Both the position numbers and the translations under genes were made by a program. Shown here one piece after another: positions 13,983 through 23,614 of a stretch of 64,000 nt of DNA. This stretch comes from Parcubacteria group bacterium (GTDB lineage Bacteria > Patescibacteriota > Patescibacteriia > UBA2169). How positions within the stretch are numbered: position 1 is the stretch's first letter; every line of letters begins with the position of its first letter. A model generated the notes under the pieces. That model was not told the DNA's origin, made no database searches, and saw nothing but the letters and a program-made list of their open reading frames with translations. The stretch covers positions 201,853 through 265,852 of the forward strand of contig JACOYR010000004.1 of NCBI GenBank assembly GCA_016181765.1, in the 5' to 3' direction.

Positions 13983-16712
13983 ATGCAACACAAACCATAC
14001 CTGGGCTTGATCATGGCGCTCGCGCTCGCGCTCGCATCCCCTGCCCTCGCGCAGGATGAAGCCACAACCGAGGAGGCTGCGGTGGACGCGGCCGTGCAGG
14101 AAGCAGCTGCTGAAGAAGCCGTGGACGCGGTCATTGAGGAAGTCGGGCTCTCTCCGGAAGCGCTGGAAGACGAAGTCGTCACCGAACAGGATCTGGAAGC
14201 CGAGACCCCGGGCAGGTTCCATTTCCTGACGAAAATCAAGCGCACGGTCCAGCGCACCATCACGCGCGATCCCATCAAAAAAGCCGAGTACCGCATTGAG
14301 GAGGCGCACGAGGAACTGTTGCGCGCCAAAAAGCTCGTGGAAGAGAACCCGGATGACGAGGGAGCGCAGGAGCGCGCCCAGGAAGCGCTCGGTGATTTTG
14401 AGCGCAATATAGAAAAGGTAAAAGACCAGGCAGCGGACATCAAAGAGAAAAAGGCGGACCAGGCCGGCGCGTTCTTGGAAAAAATAGCGGACTTCCAGAT
14501 CAAGCAGCAAAAAATGCTTGATAATTTGGAGGAGAAGCTTCCGGAGCAGGCCTTTGCAAAAGTGCAGGAAGCGCGCCAGCGGTCCATAGCGAACCAGTCC
14601 CAGGTCATGGCCCAGGTGGCCGAAAACCAACAGCAGATCGCAGAACGCTTCAGCGCGGCGTTTGAGAAGCAGCGCGGCAGTGAATTCCGGGACTTCAAAA
14701 ACATTGAAATGATGGAACAGATGTCCGAGTTCATTCCGGACGAAATGAAAACCGCCATTGAGCAGGCAAAAACAGAGGCCCGCGCCCGGTTTGAAACGCA
14801 GATCCAGTCCCTTTCTGGAGATGCGCGCAACCAGGGGTTCAAGCGGTACGTGGAAAACATTAGTGGAGATCCGGTCAGCCAGATGCGCGCCCTGGACAAC
14901 ATAAAATCCCAAGCCGACCTTCCGGACGAATTTTTCGCAAGCATGGAGGCCGCAAAGGAAAAAACCATCAATAAGTTTGAAGAGCGCTTCCGGAGGTTTG
15001 CGGATCCCGCAAACCGCGAAGCGTTCCTGAACGAGTTCTCAAACGGCAGCCCGGAAAATTTGCGCGCCATGCAGCAAATCCAGGAAAACGTGCCCCCGGA
15101 AATCAAGCAGGAAATAGAGCGCAAAGAAACCCAATCAATCCAGCGGTTCAAGGAGCGGTTTGTGGATGATCCGGATGCGCAGTCCCGCGCCGGCAAGTTC
15201 CAGGAGCTCGCCAAAAAAATGCGCGAAAACCCGGACCCCGCAACTTTCGCCGCCATCCAGCAGATTGAGCAGAACCTGCCCCCGGAACAGCGCGCGTTCG
15301 TAGAAGGCCTCAAGCAGGAAGCCCAGGCCGGGTTCCAAGAACAGTTCCGGCAAGACCAGGGCACGTTCCTCAAGCGCATCCAGAGCTTTGACCCGAACGC
15401 CATCCAGCAACTGCAACAGTTTGGCGGAGACGCTCCGGCAGAGTTCCAGGGGATCATCAGCCAGGCTGTAAACGGGCAAATTGATTTTACGCGCCAGCGG
15501 CTCCAGCAGTTTGACGATCCTGCAAGGTTTGAGCGGTTCAAACAGCAGATTGACCAGAACGCGGGCATCCGTCAGCAGATTGAGGCGCGGTACGCTGATT
15601 TCGGGAGCCAATTGCAGAACAAGGGCCAGGAAATAGAGGGCATCAAGCAGCAGATTGAACAGGGCTTCAGCCAGCGGATTGAACAGGAACGCCAGATGAG
15701 AACCGAGCAGGGCTTGCCTGACTTTTCGCAAGAGGAGCTTACAAACATCAAAGAGCGCTTCTTCCTGCGGCCCCAGCTCGGCATTGAACAGGGCGTGGCC
15801 GACCAGTTCCGCCAAGTGCAGGAACAACAGGTCCAGAGGGAGTTCCAAAACCAATTCCGCGAGCAAGCGGTACAGCAGGGCTTGCAGGGAGACCAGCTGA
15901 ATAATTTCCTGAAACAGCAGGGCATCAGCGAAGACGAACAGCGCTCGTTTGAGCAGGGCCCCCCGCAGGGCGGCCAGCAGTTCCGCGAGTTTCAGAATGT
16001 GCCGAGCGACATCCAGCAAAAGCTCCAGGAGCAGTTCCAGAACCGCGAGCAGGACCTCAAACAGCAGATCCAGCGCCAGGGCGCGGTTCCCCAGGAAATT
16101 CTGCAGAGGGTCCAGCAACAGCAGCAATTCCAGCAGTTCCGAGAGCAGAACCAAGGACAAAACAACCGAGAGCAAGGCGGCCAGCCTAATGAGGCCAGGA
16201 CCGAAAACAGCGGCCGCGCCATAGAAAACCAGCGCCAAGAGTCCGGGCGCTCCCTGGAGCAGCTGCGGGAAGACCTCAAGCAGAACAGCCCTTCCGGAAC
16301 CAAGATTAACGAGCAGCCGTTTGAGGATGCCAAACGCGCGGTGGAGCGCCAGGCCGAATTCCTAAAACAGCAGCAGGAAAACCAACGCGAAAGCCAGAAG
16401 CAGGAACAGCAATTCCAGCCGCCTTCTCAAAATTCTTTCCAGCCGCCCCGAACAGAGCAGCAACAACAGCCCCAGAGCTTCACCCAGCCGCAAGAGTTCA
16501 AACAGCCGGAGAACAGCGGACCATCATTCAATAGCGGCCCCTCATCTGGAGGTTCCGGGAGCTTTTCTCCCCCTCCGTCCGGCGGCAACTTCTCTTCGGG
16601 CGGCGGTGGCGGCAACACGCCGCCTCCTCCCCCGCCTTCCGGCGGCGGATCCTCAAGCGGGCCCGGCCCCTCGTCCGGCGGCGGCACTCCGCCTCCTCCC
16701 CCGCCGCAGTAA
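13983..16712 (+). CDS. secreted Gln/Glu-rich repeat protein (909 aa) with a signal peptide and a Gly/Ser/Pro-rich C-terminal tail
   Basis: The signal peptide is MALALALASPALAQD. There are about 50-aa internal repeats of the form (…DP…F…NxPPE…RF.E.F), and the protein ends …GGGGNTPPPPPPSGGGSSSGPGPSSGGGTPPPPPPQ. The antisense ORFs 13821-14912 and 13970-15568 are composition artefacts. Confidence 0.8.
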   Translation: MQHKPYLGLIMALALALASPALAQDEATTEEAAVDAAVQEAAAEEAVDAVIEEVGLSPEALEDEVVTEQDLEAETPGRFHFLTKIKRTVQRTITRDPIKKAEYRIEEAHEELLRAKKLVEENPDDEGAQERAQEALGDFERNIEKVKDQAADIKEKKADQAGAFLEKIADFQIKQQKMLDNLEEKLPEQAFAKVQEARQRSIANQSQVMAQVAENQQQIAERFSAAFEKQRGSEFRDFKNIEMMEQMSEFIPDEMKTAIEQAKTEARARFETQIQSLSGDARNQGFKRYVENISGDPVSQMRALDNIKSQADLPDEFFASMEAAKEKTINKFEERFRRFADPANREAFLNEFSNGSPENLRAMQQIQENVPPEIKQEIERKETQSIQRFKERFVDDPDAQSRAGKFQELAKKMRENPDPATFAAIQQIEQNLPPEQRAFVEGLKQEAQAGFQEQFRQDQGTFLKRIQSFDPNAIQQLQQFGGDAPAEFQGIISQAVNGQIDFTRQRLQQFDDPARFERFKQQIDQNAGIRQQIEARYADFGSQLQNKGQEIEGIKQQIEQGFSQRIEQERQMRTEQGLPDFSQEELTNIKERFFLRPQLGIEQGVADQFRQVQEQQVQREFQNQFREQAVQQGLQGDQLNNFLKQQGISEDEQRSFEQGPPQGGQQFREFQNVPSDIQQKLQEQFQNREQDLKQQIQRQGAVPQEILQRVQQQQQFQQFREQNQGQNNREQGGQPNEARTENSGRAIENQRQESGRSLEQLREDLKQNSPSGTKINEQPFEDAKRAVERQAEFLKQQQENQRESQKQEQQFQPPSQNSFQPPRTEQQQQPQSFTQPQEFKQPENSGPSFNSGPSSGGSGSFSPPPSGGNFSSGGGGGNTPPPPPPSGGGSSSGPGPSSGGGTPPPPPPQ

Positions 16713-16719
16713 CCCTTTC

Positions 16720-17595
16720 GTGGCCAAGCCAAAGCTGATAGCTATCTTAGGCCCGACCGCGAGCGGAAAATCAACGCTCGCTATTGGGCTTGCGCAAAAA
16801 TTTGGCGGCGAAATCATAAGCGCTGACTCGCGCCAGGTGTACCGCGGCTTGGACATTGGCGCCGGCAAAGTGACTATTGGCGAGCAGGCTGCGGTTCCGC
16901 ACCACTTGCTTGATATCGTTGAACCGGGTGATGACTTTAGCGTTGCCGGCTTCCAGCGCCTCGCGTGTGCCGCGATTGGCGATATTTTGGAACGCAACAA
17001 GATCCCCTTTCTGGCGGGCGGCACTGCCTTGTACGCGTACGCGGTGATTGATAACTACCAACTGGCGGACGTGCCACCGAATCCAAAACTCCGGAACGAG
17101 CTCGCAGCAAAATCCCTGGCAGAGCTCCAGGCAATGGTTCCGCCAGGCATACTGAATGAAGATGACTATCAAAACCCGCGCCGCCTCATCCGCGCCATAG
17201 AAAAGCTGCGCGCCGGCGCATCACTCGGTTCGGACAAATTGCCTCCGCGGTATGATGCGCTGATTCTTGGAATTGATGTGCCGCGAGAAGAGCTCTACAA
17301 AAAAATTGACCAGCGCGTTGATGAGCGCATTGAACAGGGCATGATTGAGGAGGTTGAGCGGCTGCGGCAAAATGGCGTGAGTGACGAATGGCTGGTTAAT
17401 CTCGGCCTTGAGTATGCGTGGATTACCGAGCATCTGCAGGGCGCCTGGCCAAAAGACAAAATGATTGAGCGCTTGAAAGGCGCCATCCACGCCTTTGCGC
17501 GCCGCCAGATGGCGTGGTTCAACCGCGACCAGCGCATCCACTGGGTGCAAAGTACAGAAGAAGCCCGAAGCGCGGTGCGCGAATTTCTTGCGTAA
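16720..17595 (+). CDS. miaA: tRNA dimethylallyltransferase
   Basis: The P-loop KLIAILGPTASGKST and the DSRQVYRGLDIGAGK segment are present. An in-frame GTG at 16720 avoids overlap with the upstream gene. The ORF as listed in the track starts at 16606. Confidence 0.9.
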   Translation: MAKPKLIAILGPTASGKSTLAIGLAQKFGGEIISADSRQVYRGLDIGAGKVTIGEQAAVPHHLLDIVEPGDDFSVAGFQRLACAAIGDILERNKIPFLAGGTALYAYAVIDNYQLADVPPNPKLRNELAAKSLAELQAMVPPGILNEDDYQNPRRLIRAIEKLRAGASLGSDKLPPRYDALILGIDVPREELYKKIDQRVDERIEQGMIEEVERLRQNGVSDEWLVNLGLEYAWITEHLQGAWPKDKMIERLKGAIHAFARRQMAWFNRDQRIHWVQSTEEARSAVREFLA

Positions 17596-17601
17596 AAAAA
17601 G

Positions 17602-17630
17602 AGGCCTGACTCGGAACATTGAGTCAGGCC
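17602..17630 (-). terminator. perfect 10-bp hairpin (aggcctgactc…gagtcaggcc) with a T7 run on the minus-strand side
   Basis: It is directly after the miaA stop. The A-run at 17590-17601 reads as a U-run for a minus-strand transcript. Confidence 0.45.
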
Positions 17631-17651
17631 GCGCCGCGAAACCAGGCGCGC

Positions 17652-18035
17652 CTAGCAGGCGCACAAGTTTCGGAAAGCGGCTTTGAGCGCGTGCGCGAGC
17701 GGCGCCACGGAAGGGGGCAGCTTATTCAGTGGCACATCCTGATGCTTCAACAACCACTGAATCCTCTCGCAGGTCTCTGCGTCAAAACTGCCGCAAGCGG
17801 CAAGGTAATCGTACGCATGCATCGCAGGCGATGCATGCTGCCACATGCGCAAACACGCGGTCAGAAGTTCTACTCTCTGTCCGTGCGTAAGCTCCCCGTT
17901 GAGACTACTGCGTCCCGGCATTCTACGAATCTCCCCGAATTCGTATGGTGAACGACTGGCCGCATGAGTATTGGGCGGCCAGGGCTTCGTACTGCGTACT
18001 CTGCTTGGCGTGCGTTCTCCGTTTTGAAAGGACAA
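17652..18035 (-). CDS. hypothetical protein (start uncertain)
   Basis: It is a 127-aa ORF between miaA and gatB. The 17602-17630 hairpin and U-run downstream of it on the minus strand lend some support. Its upstream edge abuts the gatB terminator, and an alternative + strand ORF exists. Confidence 0.3.
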   Translation of the reverse strand: MSFQNGERTPSRVRSTKPWPPNTHAASRSPYEFGEIRRMPGRSSLNGELTHGQRVELLTACLRMWQHASPAMHAYDYLAACGSFDAETCERIQWLLKHQDVPLNKLPPSVAPLAHALKAAFRNLCAC

Positions 18036-18061
18036 AAAACGGCTTCCCGTCAGGGAAGCCG
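18034..18061 (-). terminator. rho-independent terminator of gatB (cggcttccctgacgggaagccg followed by T6 on the minus strand)
   Basis: The perfect 9-bp stem and the U-run were read directly. Confidence 0.7.
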
Positions 18062-18230
18062 ATGTTCGTGAAATAATGAAATGCCGGTGTTGCCGGAGCA
18101 GAAACCCGGCTTGTTCGTCTTATGCTTTGTCTTGTTGTTCCGGGGCATTTCTACCAGTATACTCCCTGCCCCACTGCCGCGCAAATCCCGCTTGTGGACA
18201 ACTTTGACGCGGAGCATCTTCGCGATCCCG

Positions 18231-19775
18231 TCACTGCCGCTTGAGCGCTTTTTTGAGCAGTTTTGCCGCGAGAACCGGATCAGCCTTGCCGCGGGCCTCC
18301 TTCATCACCTGGCCCACAAAATACTGGAACACCGCCTTTTTGCCGGAGCCATACTCTGCCGCCTGCAAGGGGTTATTTTTGACGACCCCTGCGACAATGC
18401 CGGGAAGCGCACCCGAATCTCCCATGGCGCCCAAATCCTTTGACTCCAAAATATCCGTCGGGTCCCCGCCGGTTTTAACCATCTCCGAAAGTATGACCTG
18501 CGCGTTCGCTGCATTGACGCGCGACTGGTGCACCAGGGTGATGAGTTCAGCCATATTCTCGGGCGTGATCTTGATGTCCGCGATTGATGAACCGGCCGTG
18601 CGCAAAACGCCGAGCAGTTTGGACAAGAGCCAGCTTGAAACTAATCGCGCGAGTTTTTTCTTGTCCTGTTCCCATGCTTCTTCGCTGCTTTGGTCCGGGT
18701 CAAGCAAGGTAAGCCACACCTTGAGCTCGGAAATCACCTCCTCGCCGAAGCGTGCGAGCGCGCGATCAGACGCAAACGTCTTGGCATCAGCCGCGCTGAA
18801 TCCATACTCTTGGACAAACCGTTGGCGCAAATCACGCGGCAATTCAGGAATGCCTTTTTTGATGCGGGCAACCCAAGACTCATCAAAATCCAGCTCCGGA
18901 ATGTCCGGGTCAGGAAAGTACCGGTAATCAGCAGACCCCTCCTTGCCGCGCTGGACCACGGTTTTGGCGCTGTCCTCGTCCCAGCCACGCGTGCCCTGCT
19001 CGCCCGGCGCGTTGCCGGTCTCCTCCCACACTGCGGTTTGGCGCTTGATCTCGTAGACAAGAGCGCGCTCAACGGCCTTGAATGAATTCAAATTTTTGAT
19101 CTCAGTCTTGGGATACAGAACTTCCCCCTCCTTTACCAAGGAGGGGGTCGGGGGGTGGTTCTTGGAGTGCATAGGCCGCAAAGAAACATTGGCATCGCAC
19201 CGCAGATGCCCCTTTTCCATGTCCGCGTCCGACACCCCGAGGTAGCGCATAATCAAGCGGAGTTCGCGCAAAAACGCGCCCGCTTCTTCCGGAGACCGGA
19301 TGTCTGCTTCGGTCACGATTTCCATCAGGGGCGTGCCCCCGCGGTTGTAGTCCACGAATGAATCGCCTTTTTCGTTATGCAAAAGTTTTGCCGCGTCCTC
19401 TTCTAAATGCAGGCGGTGGATGCGGATCGCGCGCTCCTCCCCGCCTATGACGATGCTCATGGAGCCTTTCACGCCGATGGGCTCGTCAAACTGGGAAATC
19501 TGGTAGCCTTTGGGCAGGTCCGGGTAAAAGTAGTGCTTCCTGTCAAACTTGGAATGGGGGGGAATCTCGCACCCCAAAGCAAGCGCGGCCAACACGGCCC
19601 ACTCAATGGCCTGCTTGTTGGGAACCGGCAAGGTTCCCGGGTGCCCCAGGCACACCGGGCAGATAGTGGTGTTCGGGGCCTCGTTTTCGCCCTCATTTGA
19701 GCAACCGCAAAACATCTTGCTCTTGGTTTTGAGCTGCACGTGGATTTCCAGGCCAATGACCGGTTCAAGCTTCAT
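18231..19775 (-). CDS. gatB: Asp/Glu-tRNA amidotransferase subunit B
   Basis: MKLEPVIGLEIHVQLKTKSKMFCGCS… and the C-terminal GatB/YqeY domain are present. One GC palindromic mini-element (19124-19159) is inserted in frame and encodes …KNHPPTPSLVKEGE…. Confidence 0.95.
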   Translation of the reverse strand: MKLEPVIGLEIHVQLKTKSKMFCGCSNEGENEAPNTTICPVCLGHPGTLPVPNKQAIEWAVLAALALGCEIPPHSKFDRKHYFYPDLPKGYQISQFDEPIGVKGSMSIVIGGEERAIRIHRLHLEEDAAKLLHNEKGDSFVDYNRGGTPLMEIVTEADIRSPEEAGAFLRELRLIMRYLGVSDADMEKGHLRCDANVSLRPMHSKNHPPTPSLVKEGEVLYPKTEIKNLNSFKAVERALVYEIKRQTAVWEETGNAPGEQGTRGWDEDSAKTVVQRGKEGSADYRYFPDPDIPELDFDESWVARIKKGIPELPRDLRQRFVQEYGFSAADAKTFASDRALARFGEEVISELKVWLTLLDPDQSSEEAWEQDKKKLARLVSSWLLSKLLGVLRTAGSSIADIKITPENMAELITLVHQSRVNAANAQVILSEMVKTGGDPTDILESKDLGAMGDSGALPGIVAGVVKNNPLQAAEYGSGKKAVFQYFVGQVMKEARGKADPVLAAKLLKKALKRQ

Positions 19776-20263
19776 TTATCTAACTCCAAAAACGTTACGT
19801 GGTACTCATCCGTATCAAGTTCTTTCCTGCTTATCACTCTACCAAATTCTCCGTATTCTGGGAAGAATGTATCAGCTTCAAAATTGCCGTCTATGACGGT
19901 CAAATACAGCCGGTTGATGAGGTGCATGGCGAGCTTGAAAATCTCTGCTCCGCCGATGATAAAAATTTCTTGTTGATCATGTTTGCTCGCTTCTTCAATC
20001 GCGTCTTCAACGGATGATACGACAAGAGCGCCCTCGGCTTTGTAGTCCGGATTTCGGGTGATGACAATGTTCAAACGCCCGGGCAAAGGCTTGTGGATGC
20101 CGAGCGACTCAAAGGTCTTGCGCCCCATGATCACCGGGTGCCCCAGGGTGGTCTGTTTGAAGTGCTTCAAATCCTCCGGGACGTGCCAGGGGATGGTGCC
20201 GTTGGCCCCGAGCTCGCGGTTTTTGCCGATGGCCGCGATTGCGCTGATGACTGGCTTTTGCAT
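19772..20263 (-). CDS. folA: dihydrofolate reductase
   Basis: MQKPVISAIAAIGKNRELGANGTIPWHVPEDLKHFKQTTLGHPVIMGRKTF… matches DHFR. The ORF opens at 20281, and the Met at 20263 is the likely start. Confidence 0.9.
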   Translation of the reverse strand: MQKPVISAIAAIGKNRELGANGTIPWHVPEDLKHFKQTTLGHPVIMGRKTFESLGIHKPLPGRLNIVITRNPDYKAEGALVVSSVEDAIEEASKHDQQEIFIIGGAEIFKLAMHLINRLYLTVIDGNFEADTFFPEYGEFGRVISRKELDTDEYHVTFLELDK

Positions 20264-20270
20264 GCCTGTA

Positions 20271-21200
20271 TTATACCGCAATCGGCGCTTTTATGGCAGG
20301 GTGCGGGTCATAGCCAACCAGCTCAAAATCATCAAACTCAAAATCAAACACGTCTTTGACTTCTGGATTCAGCTTCACCTGCGGCAATAAGCGCGGCTCG
20401 CGGGAAAGCTGTTCCCCTGCCTGCTCAAGATGGTTCTTGTAGATGTGCGCGTCCCCGAACGTGTGCACAAAATCACCCAGCTTGAGGCCCGTGGTCTGGG
20501 CCATCATCATGGTCAAAAGCGCGTAGGACGCAATGTTGAACGGCACCCCAAGAAACATATCCGCAGTGCGCTGGTACATCTGGCACGAGAGTATTCCGCG
20601 GTTGACGTAAAACTGGAACATGGTGTGGCACGCGGGCGGGGAATTGGTTTTGCTTTTGACGAGCTCCTGGATATCAGCCACGTTCCACGCATTTACGATA
20701 ATGCGCCGCGAATCAGGGTTGTTGCGGATCATCTCCTGTGCCTGCGCAACTTGGTTAATGGTTGAGCCGTCCTTTGCTTCCCAACGGACCCACTGCTTGC
20801 CGTACACCGGCCCCAGATCACCCCACTCCTCGGCGAACGCCGCATCCTCTTTGATGCGCTCCACGAACTCTTTCATTTTCTCGTGCCACCCCTCCGTGTA
20901 CATGGGAAACTGTTCAGTGAGCCCCTGGGCTTTCAACCACGCCTGGAATGGCCACTCGTTCCAGATATTCACGCTATTGTCCACGAGGTACTTGATGTTG
21001 GTATCGCCCTTCAAAAACCACAAGAGCTCGTGCAGAATCAGGCGAATCGGCACTTTCTTTGTGGTCACCAGGGGGAATCCTTTGGACAGGTCAAACCGAA
21101 TCTGCCGGCCAAACACGCTGCGCGTGCCAATGCCGGTGCGGTCGCTCTTATCAATCCCGTTTTCCTTGATGTCGCGAAGAAGTTCTAAATACTGCTTCAT
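20271..21200 (-). CDS. thyA: thymidylate synthase
   Basis: The motifs [12 protein letters not shown]…[11 protein letters not shown]… are present. Confidence 0.95.
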   Translation of the reverse strand: MKQYLELLRDIKENGIDKSDRTGIGTRSVFGRQIRFDLSKGFPLVTTKKVPIRLILHELLWFLKGDTNIKYLVDNSVNIWNEWPFQAWLKAQGLTEQFPMYTEGWHEKMKEFVERIKEDAAFAEEWGDLGPVYGKQWVRWEAKDGSTINQVAQAQEMIRNNPDSRRIIVNAWNVADIQELVKSKTNSPPACHTMFQFYVNRGILSCQMYQRTADMFLGVPFNIASYALLTMMMAQTTGLKLGDFVHTFGDAHIYKNHLEQAGEQLSREPRLLPQVKLNPEVKDVFDFEFDDFELVGYDPHPAIKAPIAV

Positions 21201-21206
21201 ACGCCA

Positions 21207-22352
21207 TTATTGTAGCACGCGGCGCACCTGTTCCCAAATGAGCCCATGCACCTCCGGTATGGAGAGCAGGCGGCCGTCCGGCGCGCACTCAATGAGCTTG
21301 AAACCCGGAAACAGGGCGCACATTTCGCGGTAGGTCTGGGACGCAGCCTCAAGGTGGGAAACATCATCCTCGTGCACGTCGCGCGTGGCCCCGGACAAAT
21401 ACGCGCGCATCGCCTTTTGGTCAATGTTGAGCTGGCCGATCTGGGCCGGAACGTGCAGGACCACCGTGAGGTCGGGCCGCGGGATGCCGAACACCCCATA
21501 CTCGTATTGGTCCAACCACTCAAAGTACTGCTGGCGCGCCTCGCGCGTTCGGAACTTCGCGCCCTGGTGGCCCATGTTCGCGGACACGTACCGGTTCGCG
21601 ACCACCACCTTCCCCTGCTCAAGTTGTTCGGCCAGCCCGAAGCTCGCATCATACCGGTCCAGCATAAAAAAGAATGACGCAACATACGGGCTGACCTCGC
21701 CTCCGGTCCCGTACGCGCCGTTCAAATAGTTTTCAACCAAGCCCGCGGACTTTTTTCCGTACTGCGGAAAATCAGCTTTAACGGCAGCGTGCCCTTCCGC
21801 GCGCAAGCGCTCAATAAGCAGATCAGTCTGCGTCCCCTTGCCGCTCCCATCTATGCCATCTATGACAATAAATTTTCCACTTTCCTGCGGCGAGGCCGCT
21901 GATTGCGGAATTGACGAAACAGGCGCCCGATTGTCGGTTGACCCAAACCCTCCCCTGCCCGCATTGCCCGTGGCCAAAACCTCCTCCCACTCCGCCCGGC
22001 CGACCGGCAGAAACACGGCCTGGGCAACGCGGTCCCCGCGCTTGATGATGACGGGCGAATCGGTAGGGTTGTAGAACTGCAAAAGAATCTCGTCATTGTC
22101 CCCGCAAAAATCGCGGTCAATCACTCCCTCGGTGATAAGCAGTCCGGTCTTTTTCAAAGTGCTGGAGCGGTCCGTGACCCAGAGCATGTACCCCGCAGGA
22201 ATCTCCACCGCCACATTGGATGGCGCGCGTCCCATGCCGCGGGCGGGAATCACGGTATCCGTCCGCACCACAAAATCAAACGCAACCGCGCCCGAGGTCT
22301 CGTACTGCGGGAGCGGGAGCGATGGATCAATCCGTTTGATGCGCACCCGCAT
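21207..22352 (-). CDS. dut-tmk: bifunctional dUTPase-thymidylate kinase fusion protein
   Basis: The N-terminal about 150 aa carry dUTPase motifs (GVIDRDFCGD, RVAQ, RGGFGSTD). A Ser/Pro linker follows, then Tmk with the P-loop KFIVIDGIDGSGKGTQ and the DRY-type motif FFMLDRYD. It is a single 381-aa ORF. Confidence 0.85.
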   Translation of the reverse strand: MRVRIKRIDPSLPLPQYETSGAVAFDFVVRTDTVIPARGMGRAPSNVAVEIPAGYMLWVTDRSSTLKKTGLLITEGVIDRDFCGDNDEILLQFYNPTDSPVIIKRGDRVAQAVFLPVGRAEWEEVLATGNAGRGGFGSTDNRAPVSSIPQSAASPQESGKFIVIDGIDGSGKGTQTDLLIERLRAEGHAAVKADFPQYGKKSAGLVENYLNGAYGTGGEVSPYVASFFFMLDRYDASFGLAEQLEQGKVVVANRYVSANMGHQGAKFRTREARQQYFEWLDQYEYGVFGIPRPDLTVVLHVPAQIGQLNIDQKAMRAYLSGATRDVHEDDVSHLEAASQTYREMCALFPGFKLIECAPDGRLLSIPEVHGLIWEQVRRVLQ

Positions 22353-22354
22353 AC

Positions 22355-23473
22355 CTACTGCCAGGTCTGCTTAAAGTGCTTGGAGAGCTTGGGACCTGTG
22401 CCGGTGTAGGATGACCCGATTCCGGAACTGTACAAAACCTCCGGGACTTCCAGCATGTGCTCGTACACCATCTTGCAGATAATCTGCCCCCGCGTTAAGC
22501 GGAACGGCACGTTGTGCGCGCGCACCTCAAGCACCGCAGGCGTGCCCGCGCCCGCGCCGGCCTCGCCGAACCCCCAGCCCGGATCAAAGAATCCCGCATA
22601 GTGGGAACGCATCTCCCCGCTTGCGGTGTCGTAGGACGCCATTTCCCCGGCAAACGCCGGGGGGAACGTGATGCGCTCAATGCTCGCGAGCAAATAGAAG
22701 TTGTTGGGCACCAGAATCAGCTCCCCGTTCTTGGGGCGCAGGATGGGCTCCCAAAAATCACTGGGCTCATACTCGCCCACCAAGCCCAGGTCAATGGCCT
22801 TGGTGGTATCGTGCTTGGCGCGGAATCCGATCACCTCCCGGGTCTCAAGGTCAACGGTCAGCATCAAGCCCCCGCCATTGACGAGCAGCATGTTCTGCAT
22901 CACGGGCGTGCCGCTCTGGTTAAACAAAATCCCGTGCTTCGCGTGCGCGAGCCGCAAATCGCTCTCCCGCGCGAGGTAGGGCCCCGCGGTGCGGAACCGC
23001 ACCTGGTTTGCGGCAAGCCCGGGGTGGATCTTCACCACAAAATCCAAAGGGATCACCTCTAAATAGAGCTGGCCTTTGTACCCGGGGGGAATGTAGTCAA
23101 ACCGCGGCGTGTGGTCGCACAATAATCTGACAAACAAGCCCACGCGCCCGATGGAGCTCTTGGGGTTCGCATACGCGTACATGCCCGGCGCCAAATCCAC
23201 GTACTCGTTCAACGGGATGATGTAGGATGAGTTCGGCTCAAGAATGGTGCCGGGCTTGAGCTCAAAATCATAAAGCGTGCGCGCCTTCAAAATCTCCCAG
23301 ATGGTCTCATTGGGCTTGGGCAGAAAGCTGGAGCTGGTGCGGTACACGCGGTCAGAGAGCGTCAGGTCCAAGGACGCGGGCTGGATCTGTTTTTCCGCAA
23401 TCGCCCCTTTGGAAAAAATCATGGGGTTTGCCCCAAAAATGAGGTCTTTGATTTTTTGGTACGGCAGTGTCAT
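22355..23473 (-). CDS. dcd: 2'-deoxycytidine 5'-triphosphate deaminase, long (about 370 aa) DCD-family form
   Basis: The motif …KSSIGRVGLFV… and the overall length match the DCD family. It overlaps the dut-tmk start and is the first gene of the dTTP operon. Confidence 0.75.
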   Translation of the reverse strand: MTLPYQKIKDLIFGANPMIFSKGAIAEKQIQPASLDLTLSDRVYRTSSSFLPKPNETIWEILKARTLYDFELKPGTILEPNSSYIIPLNEYVDLAPGMYAYANPKSSIGRVGLFVRLLCDHTPRFDYIPPGYKGQLYLEVIPLDFVVKIHPGLAANQVRFRTAGPYLARESDLRLAHAKHGILFNQSGTPVMQNMLLVNGGGLMLTVDLETREVIGFRAKHDTTKAIDLGLVGEYEPSDFWEPILRPKNGELILVPNNFYLLASIERITFPPAFAGEMASYDTASGEMRSHYAGFFDPGWGFGEAGAGAGTPAVLEVRAHNVPFRLTRGQIICKMVYEHMLEVPEVLYSSGIGSSYTGTGPKLSKHFKQTWQ

Positions 23474-23474
23474 A

Positions 23475-23495
23475 CAAAAAAGGGGGCTCTCCCCC
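23475..23495 (-). terminator. hairpin gggggagagccccc plus a U6 run that ends 2 nt before the dcd start codon (rplA terminator or dcd leader attenuator)
   Basis: The + strand reads catacaaaaaagggggctctccccctcc. Confidence 0.5.
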
Positions 23496-23614
23496 TCCCT
23501 GGCCCTTTAGTGTACCAAAATACATTGTGATAAGACACTAGACAAAACCGCACGGCTGTTGGCTAATCCGTGATGTTCTCCACCACTTCTCCCCAGGAAC
23601 CTAAAAACCAGTGC

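Noticed and set aside
13821-15568. Long minus-strand ORFs (363 aa and 532 aa) antisense to the Gln/Glu-rich gene
   Set aside because: They arise from the strong compositional periodicity of the + strand repeat protein. The + strand ORF has a signal peptide and coherent repeats, whereas the antisense translations are Ser/Ala/Cys-rich nonsense.
17619-17951. A 110-aa + strand ORF between miaA and gatB
   Set aside because: It starts inside the miaA terminator hairpin and its translation is Arg-rich low complexity. The antisense ORF (17652-18035 on the minus strand) has slightly better support from a downstream hairpin and U-run, and even that is given low confidence.
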